Below, piece by piece: positions 58,382 to 64,000 of a DNA stretch of 64,000 nt. The notes below the pieces were generated by a model that was not told the DNA's origin, searched no databases, and saw only the letters and a list, made by a program, of their open reading frames with translations. Position 1 is the first letter of the stretch. Every line of letters starts with the position of its first letter. Source of the stretch: Candidatus Aenigmatarchaeota archaeon (GTDB lineage: Archaea; Aenigmatarchaeota; Aenigmatarchaeia; QMZP01; QMZT01); NCBI GenBank assembly GCA_026397315.1, contig JAPLVC010000007.1, positions 64,001 to 128,000 of the forward strand, read 5' to 3'. The position numbers were made by a program, and so were the translations under genes.

Positions 58382-59341
58382 TTAAGCGATTATGCCGGAG
58401 CCGAGAAGCCATAGGATTCCGTAGCCCGCGAGGCAGCCGGCTGTGATGAAAGGCATGGCCGGATAGAAGCGATCCTTCTTGGCGAACGCGAGCAGCGAGA
58501 AAAGCGCGATTGCGACGACGACCGGTATGATCAGCGCGTAAGCGAATGCGGTCGTCTTGGCGACGCTCATCTTTATCAGCGAGTCCATCACGACGCCCGC
58601 GAAAATGAGCGGGAATGCTATGTCACCGCCTCCGAGAATCGCGTTCCTGTATTCTACGCTAGCGACTTCCTTTTTGGCGGTTTTGGCGGTTTTTTTGCCC
58701 TTCACGGTCCTGGCGGCTTTGCTTAATCCTTTCTTCGCTTTCAGCTTGTACGTGACGAACACGCCCGCGAAGGCGCGGCTCTTGGTCTGGAACTGTGCCA
58801 TGGAAACCATGTGCTTCGACTTCCAAACCGCGAACACATCATAGACGGAAATCACAAGCAATAGTAGAGTCACCCAAAAAATGTTGAGATTTGGTACGAA
58901 TATGATAGCTATGCCGGGGTAAATCAAAAGTTCGCTAACATTGTGAATTATCATATTAGGTTTGAAAATTTTGAAAAACGCAAGGAAAATAGACACGGAG
59001 AAAGCTATTATCGGGTCGACAAAAACACCAAGTGTTACAGAACATGTCATCCACACAGCGAAAAAGAACATGGCCTTCCATATCTTGAATTTCTTGAATT
59101 TCACCAACAGCAGTATAAGACCCGTGCCTATAAGTATTGCGGCAATCATGTAAAGGAACATTCCCATGTCATATAACTGAGGCCTTTCGCCTATTGCTGT
59201 ATCCGCATATTCAACTACAACTTCACCCTCTGGTGTATAGCCTATTCCTTTTATAGTGTAGCTGAGCGCGTAAAGGCCGATAACCTGCGACAGGAAGAAT
59301 ATCAGGATGATAATTAGCGTCACGGGAATCGTATGCTTCAT
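58382..59341 (-). CDS. Presenilin/signal-peptide-peptidase family intramembrane aspartyl protease
   Basis: YD, LGGGD and PAMP motifs. Confidence 0.9.
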   Translation of the reverse strand: MKHTIPVTLIIILIFFLSQVIGLYALSYTIKGIGYTPEGEVVVEYADTAIGERPQLYDMGMFLYMIAAILIGTGLILLLVKFKKFKIWKAMFFFAVWMTCSVTLGVFVDPIIAFSVSIFLAFFKIFKPNMIIHNVSELLIYPGIAIIFVPNLNIFWVTLLLLVISVYDVFAVWKSKHMVSMAQFQTKSRAFAGVFVTYKLKAKKGLSKAARTVKGKKTAKTAKKEVASVEYRNAILGGGDIAFPLIFAGVVMDSLIKMSVAKTTAFAYALIIPVVVAIALFSLLAFAKKDRFYPAMPFITAGCLAGYGILWLLGSGIIA

Positions 59342-59392
59342 GAAAATAATTGGGATGGAACGCTTATTAATCACTTTGAATAACAAAATATT

Positions 59393-59833
59393 ATGGCGTT
59401 TCTTTCTCCCCTGGAAATCGAGATCGTAGTGAAGCTGGTCGTCGCCGCGAGCCTCGGCCTAATACTGGGTTTCGAAAGGGAAATGCACAAAAGACCCGCT
59501 GGTTTGCGAACACACTCGCTTATCTGCATGGGCGCGGCACTGTTTACGGTTCTCTCCATGTCGATTGTCGGCGAAAACGTCGACGCCTCGAGGATAGCGG
59601 CCGGTATTGTGACGGGCATAGGCTTCATAGGCGGAGGCATGATATTCAAGTCCGACGACCGCGTCATCGGCCTGACAACAGCGGCGGAGATATGGGTCGT
59701 GGGCGCGATAGGCATCGCGGTCGGCGTGGGCTATTATTTCGCGGCGGGCGTGGCAACAGCGATTGTCCTTTTCATACTCGTGCCGCTCAAGCACCTGGCC
59801 GACGAGGCGAAAAGAAAAGCAATCCTCAAGTAG
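59393..59833 (+). CDS. MgtC/SapB family protein
   Basis: ERE...PAGLRTH, GIGFIGGG and GLTTAA motifs. Confidence 0.93.
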   Translation: MAFLSPLEIEIVVKLVVAASLGLILGFEREMHKRPAGLRTHSLICMGAALFTVLSMSIVGENVDASRIAAGIVTGIGFIGGGMIFKSDDRVIGLTTAAEIWVVGAIGIAVGVGYYFAAGVATAIVLFILVPLKHLADEAKRKAILK

Positions 59834-59907
59834 CGTTTTTTAAGCAGTGCTCTTTATCAAATTATTAAATACGGAAAGCAAGATAGATTTTATTGCAGGT
59901 CGCGACC

Positions 59908-62319
59908 ATGCTGCCGAAAGACTACGATTTCAGGGAAAGTGAAGAGCGATTGCAGAAGTTCTGGGAGCACGAGGGCGTTTTCAAGTTCAACCCGGAAAGC
60001 GAGATGCCAATCTTCGCTATCGATACTCCGCCTCCGACCGTTTCTGGCAAGATGCACTTGGGCCACGCATTCTCATATTCACAGCAGGATTTCGTCGTCC
60101 GCTTCAAGCGCATGAGCGGCTTCGAAATGTTCTACCCTTTCGGCACGGACGACAACGGGCTCGCGACGATACGCCTGGTCGAGAAGATGACCGGCAAGAA
60201 GGAGAAGTTCATGTCGCGCAAGGAATTCATCGCTCTCGTCCTCGAGACGCTGAAGCAGATACGCCCTTCTTACGTGCGCGACTGGAAGCGCATAGGCATG
60301 AGCTGCGACTGGTCGATTTATTACACGACCATCGACGACCATTGCCGCCGCATCTCACAGAAGTCGTTCATCGACCTGTTCAAAAGCGGCCGGGTCTATC
60401 GCAAACGCACGCCTTTCATGTGGTGCCCTGAATGCCGCACTTCGATAGCGCAGGTGGAGCTTAAAGACGAGCAGAAAGAATCGCATTTTGTTTACATGAA
60501 ATTCGACACGAGTATAGGCGAGCAGATAACCATCGCTACCACGAGACCTGAGCTGCTGCCGGCATGCGTCATGGTCCACGTCCATCCCAATGACGAGCGC
60601 TACAAAAAGTTCATCGGCGCGAAAGCGAAAATCCCGTTCTTCAACCGCGAGGTCGACATAATGGCGAATGCGGACGTCGACCCGGCATTCGGTTCCGGCG
60701 CTGTTTATCACTGCACGTTCGGCGACATGGACGACGTCGAATGGCTGGAGCGATACAAGATCCCGGCGATAGAGATAATGGGAAAAGACGGACGTTTGAA
60801 CGAACTGGCTGGGAAATACGCCGGCCTGAAATCGAACGAGGCGAGAAACGCCATAATCGACGACCTGAAGGCGGAGAACAGGATTGAGAAAATCGAAAAA
60901 ATAACGCACGTCGTCAACACTCACGAGAGATGCGCGACGCCCATCGAGATTCTCATGACAGAGCAGTGGTTCATCCGTTACATGGACCTTAAAGGCGATT
61001 TTCTCAAGGCGGGCAGCGAGATGAACTGGTTCCCTGCTTTCATGCGCTCGCGCTACGACAACTGGATAAAAGGCCTCAAATGGGACTGGAACGTTTCGCG
61101 CCAGCGCAGCTTCGGCGTCCCCGTACCCGTATGGTTCTGCGAGAAATGCGGCAATATCATGCTTCCGGAGGAGACTGACCTGCCAGTCGACCCGACTATA
61201 GACAAGCCGAAGCACGCATGCAAATGCGGTTCGCGCAGCTTCCACGGCGATCCTGACGTCCTCGACACGTGGGCCACGTCGTCGCTCACGCCGCAAATCG
61301 CCGCGTCGCTGTACCCGCAGGCTTACGGCAGGCTTTATCCCATGTCCCTGCGGCCGCAGGCGCACGATATCATAACGTTCTGGCTTTTCAACACGGTCGT
61401 CAAGTCACGCATGCACAATAACGTGAACCCGTGGAATGACATCATGATTTCCGGATGGGCGCTCGACCCGAGCGGCAAGAAGATGAGCAAGTCAAAAGGG
61501 AATGTCGTCGAGCCGCAGGCGCTGATGGATAAATACGGCGCCGACGCACTGCGCTTCTGGGCGGCCGGCTCGAAGCTCGGCGAGGACCTGGCGTACATGG
61601 AGAAAGACTTCGTCACGGGCAGCAAGTTCGTCACGAAGCTCTGGAACGCCTCGAAATTCGCGCTCATGCATCTTCAGGGCTACGAACCCGTCAAACCGGA
61701 GAAGTTCAGCGAAACGGACAAGTGGCTGCTCACGAAAATCAGCGACATCATCAAAGTCTCGACCGAATCGTTCGAGAACTACGAGTATTCGCGCGCGAAA
61801 GCGGAGATAGACAATTTCTTCTGGCACACGTTCTGCGACTATTATCTCGAGATGGCGAAGGACAGGCTATACAACCCCAAGGATTACGAAGAATGGGAAA
61901 TCAACTCAGCGAAGTTCACGCTTTACTACACGCTGCTTGCCGTGCTGAAGATAATCGCGCCCATCACGCCGCACATCACCGAGGAGATTTACCAGCATCA
62001 TTTCAAGCGCACGGAAAAGCACAAGAGCATACATGTTTCCGAATGGCCGAAATACGACTCTTCGCTTGTCAACAAGAAATCCGAGGAAGCGGGGGACATC
62101 GCCACTGACGTGATAGCGGCCGTCAGGAAGTTCAAGTCGGCCAATGCGATGCCCATGAACGCGCCGCTGCGCTACGTGACCGTCGATTCCGTCGCTGTGA
62201 AGCCGCTGCTCAGGGACATAGAGAAGACCATGAAAATCGAGAGCGTGCGCGTGGGCAGCGTCAAGGAAAAGACCATCGAGACGGAAAGATTCAAGCTCGC
62301 GCTCGAAATAATGAAATAA
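59908..62319 (+). CDS. valS: Valyl-tRNA synthetase
   Basis: DTPPPTVSGKMHLGH, TTRPE, SRQR and KMSKS motifs. Confidence 0.96.
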   Translation: MLPKDYDFRESEERLQKFWEHEGVFKFNPESEMPIFAIDTPPPTVSGKMHLGHAFSYSQQDFVVRFKRMSGFEMFYPFGTDDNGLATIRLVEKMTGKKEKFMSRKEFIALVLETLKQIRPSYVRDWKRIGMSCDWSIYYTTIDDHCRRISQKSFIDLFKSGRVYRKRTPFMWCPECRTSIAQVELKDEQKESHFVYMKFDTSIGEQITIATTRPELLPACVMVHVHPNDERYKKFIGAKAKIPFFNREVDIMANADVDPAFGSGAVYHCTFGDMDDVEWLERYKIPAIEIMGKDGRLNELAGKYAGLKSNEARNAIIDDLKAENRIEKIEKITHVVNTHERCATPIEILMTEQWFIRYMDLKGDFLKAGSEMNWFPAFMRSRYDNWIKGLKWDWNVSRQRSFGVPVPVWFCEKCGNIMLPEETDLPVDPTIDKPKHACKCGSRSFHGDPDVLDTWATSSLTPQIAASLYPQAYGRLYPMSLRPQAHDIITFWLFNTVVKSRMHNNVNPWNDIMISGWALDPSGKKMSKSKGNVVEPQALMDKYGADALRFWAAGSKLGEDLAYMEKDFVTGSKFVTKLWNASKFALMHLQGYEPVKPEKFSETDKWLLTKISDIIKVSTESFENYEYSRAKAEIDNFFWHTFCDYYLEMAKDRLYNPKDYEEWEINSAKFTLYYTLLAVLKIIAPITPHITEEIYQHHFKRTEKHKSIHVSEWPKYDSSLVNKKSEEAGDIATDVIAAVRKFKSANAMPMNAPLRYVTVDSVAVKPLLRDIEKTMKIESVRVGSVKEKTIETERFKLALEIMK

Positions 62320-62371
62320 ACACAGTTAAAGGACAATATCGTTTTTTAAAATTTGATTTCTTTCTACTTTT

Positions 62372-63097
62372 ATGGAGAATGCCAGCTTGGAATTCAACCC
62401 GCGCAAAGACATGTTTTACGATGGCACGGGACTGCCGTCAGTGAAGATAGAGAACTTCGACCGGATAAGCAGTAAACAGAAAAGACAGCTGAGACGGGCT
62501 GTGAAAGATTTTCTGGTGGAAAATGCAACAGGCGGCAAACGGGTAAGTGCCGATACTTTCAGCAGATTCGATGAATATAACGACATGGAATTTTGGAACG
62601 GCGGCTGGTTTAGAAATAGGGAACATTTGGCTGATTTGGAGAGAGACACTGGGAATAAAGCGCATCTCATACTTCACGTTCCCGCCAAACCCGGCGAGGA
62701 CACTGCTAAAATCTACGGGCGATTCCTGAAATATGCAAGAGACAGGATCGTATGCCAGAGGCCTGTCGACTACTCGAATGACATACAACCGAAAGTGGAT
62801 GGAGATGGATACTTAATCCTCAACAGATCCTGGGGAAGCTTAACGCGGAAAGAAAAACGGCGTTTGAAAATGGACATAAAAACATACCTGAAAGATAACG
62901 TTTCGTACGGACGCGTGATAATTCCATGGTCGCACCCGGATTCAGCATGCGATTTCGTGGACTGGCATAAAGGACAAGGTCAGGTCATTGCTGACATAAA
63001 GGAAAATGACGGAACTCCTGAACTCAGGTTTTATTTCGGCAATAAATTGTGCGGGCCTTTTGCAAGAGGCTTCTTGTCATACGCACAGAACAGGTGA
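62372..63097 (+). CDS. Hypothetical protein with an internal domain duplication
   Basis: Two related halves (KQKRQLRRAVKDFLVEN...RFLKYA and KEKRRLKMDIKTYLKDN...GFLSYA). Confidence 0.65.
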   Translation: MENASLEFNPRKDMFYDGTGLPSVKIENFDRISSKQKRQLRRAVKDFLVENATGGKRVSADTFSRFDEYNDMEFWNGGWFRNREHLADLERDTGNKAHLILHVPAKPGEDTAKIYGRFLKYARDRIVCQRPVDYSNDIQPKVDGDGYLILNRSWGSLTRKEKRRLKMDIKTYLKDNVSYGRVIIPWSHPDSACDFVDWHKGQGQVIADIKENDGTPELRFYFGNKLCGPFARGFLSYAQNR

Positions 63098-63127
63098 AAC
63101 GGTTTTAAAATCCCGTTCCAATTTTAA

Positions 63128-63508
63128 ATGATGAGACTTTTTGTTTTCGCTGTGGTCTGCATCATTATTCTGGTGATAGCTGCGCATCCGGCCCGCGCCG
63201 AAGACCCGGCCTGTAAAGAAGGGGAGCGCAGAATATGCGGCATCGACACTGGCATCTGCGAACCGGGCAGGTCGACCTGCAGGGACGGCGTCTGGGGCGC
63301 CTGCGATGGCGGAATCTGGCCTAAGGACAGCGAAACGTGCGGCAACTCGCTTGACGACAACTGCGACGGAGCGATAGACGAGAACTGCTTCCCATGGACT
63401 TCTTTCGTACTTATCGGCATAGGCATGCTGTTTCTGGGCATAGGCATGATTTACATGCAGAAGAACAAGGGCGAGCGCATGCTGAGCGATGGTGTGAGCA
63501 AGGATTAA
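63128..63508 (+). CDS. Surface protein with a putative metal-binding (MopE-related) Cys motif and C-terminal TM anchor
   Basis: Signal peptide; GxCxxG...C; ExCxNxLDDNCDGxIDE motif; C-terminal TM helix. Confidence 0.75.
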   Translation: MMRLFVFAVVCIIILVIAAHPARAEDPACKEGERRICGIDTGICEPGRSTCRDGVWGACDGGIWPKDSETCGNSLDDNCDGAIDENCFPWTSFVLIGIGMLFLGIGMIYMQKNKGERMLSDGVSKD

Positions 63509-63666
63509 CGCGCACGCGACAGAAACCCTAAAAAGCGGCGTATGCTGCCGGTTTCCAGAGAAACTTTAAATAACCTTTATATATAAATCCTTTATACTAT
63601 ACTATACCTAAACGGACAGACAGCTTTCACGCTGTTCAAGCTAAAATATAAGCTAGGAGGGAGAAA

Positions 63667-64000
63667 ATGGCAGAAAAGCCGCACATTAACATTATAACAT
63701 CAGGTCACGTAGACCACGGAAAATCGACTTTAATAGGCCGATTGCTCTTTGATTCCGGAGCGATAGGCGAGCAGGAAATGAGGAAACTTAAGGAGAAAGC
63801 GAAGGAGTTGAAGAAGGAAACCTTCGAATTCGCATTCGTCATGGACAACCTCAAGGAAGAGCGTGAACGAGGAGTGACCATCGACCTTATGCATAAGGAA
63901 TTCCAGACACCGAAGTTCTACTTCACCATCATTGACTGTCCTGGCCACAGAGACTTCGTCAAGAACATGATTACGGGAGCGAGCCAGGCAGATGCAGCGA
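63667..64000 (+). CDS. tuf: Translation elongation factor EF-1alpha (5' part)
   Basis: MAEKPHIN...[18 protein letters not shown] and [20 protein letters not shown]; AGGAGG RBS. Confidence 0.97.
   Translation, partial: MAEKPHINIITSGHVDHGKSTLIGRLLFDSGAIGEQEMRKLKEKAKELKKETFEFAFVMDNLKEERERGVTIDLMHKEFQTPKFYFTIIDCPGHRDFVKNMITGASQADAA

Overview
Archaeal chromosomal window, judged from TBP, GatDE, Kae1, Mre11, Hef helicase, CarS, archaeal-type GluRS/ValRS and the start of EF-1alpha. Compact, often leaderless genes and many orphans suggest a small-genome DPANN-like lineage (inference only). The backbone is GC-balanced housekeeping DNA. It includes a large, dispersed de novo purine/folate cluster of bacterial style (guaB, purA, purD, folD, purN, purH, folC, 5-formyl-THF cyclo-ligase, purS, purL, purQ, purE, purC, purB, purM). 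The backbone is interrupted by AT-rich insertions: a PIN + wHTH/Panacea-like + SNase island (about 1.6-3.9 kb), an HTH-PD-(D/E)xK nuclease coupled to a compositionally foreign purE 3' end, a UDG-like gene, and orphan clusters. The best novelty candidates are: (i) an unannotated ~223-nt structured RNA (4629-4851, minus strand) with its own TATA box, directly upstream of a 52-aa protein that is about half Lys/Arg; (ii) the putative free-standing homing endonuclease at purE; (iii) a D-loop-intron tRNA-Ala in a likely operon with RNA end-healing-type genes; (iv) tandem Tat-signal transglutaminase-like/TPR paralogs; (v) a GluRS whose HIGH motif reads SIGQ. All calls come from motif reading without database searches.
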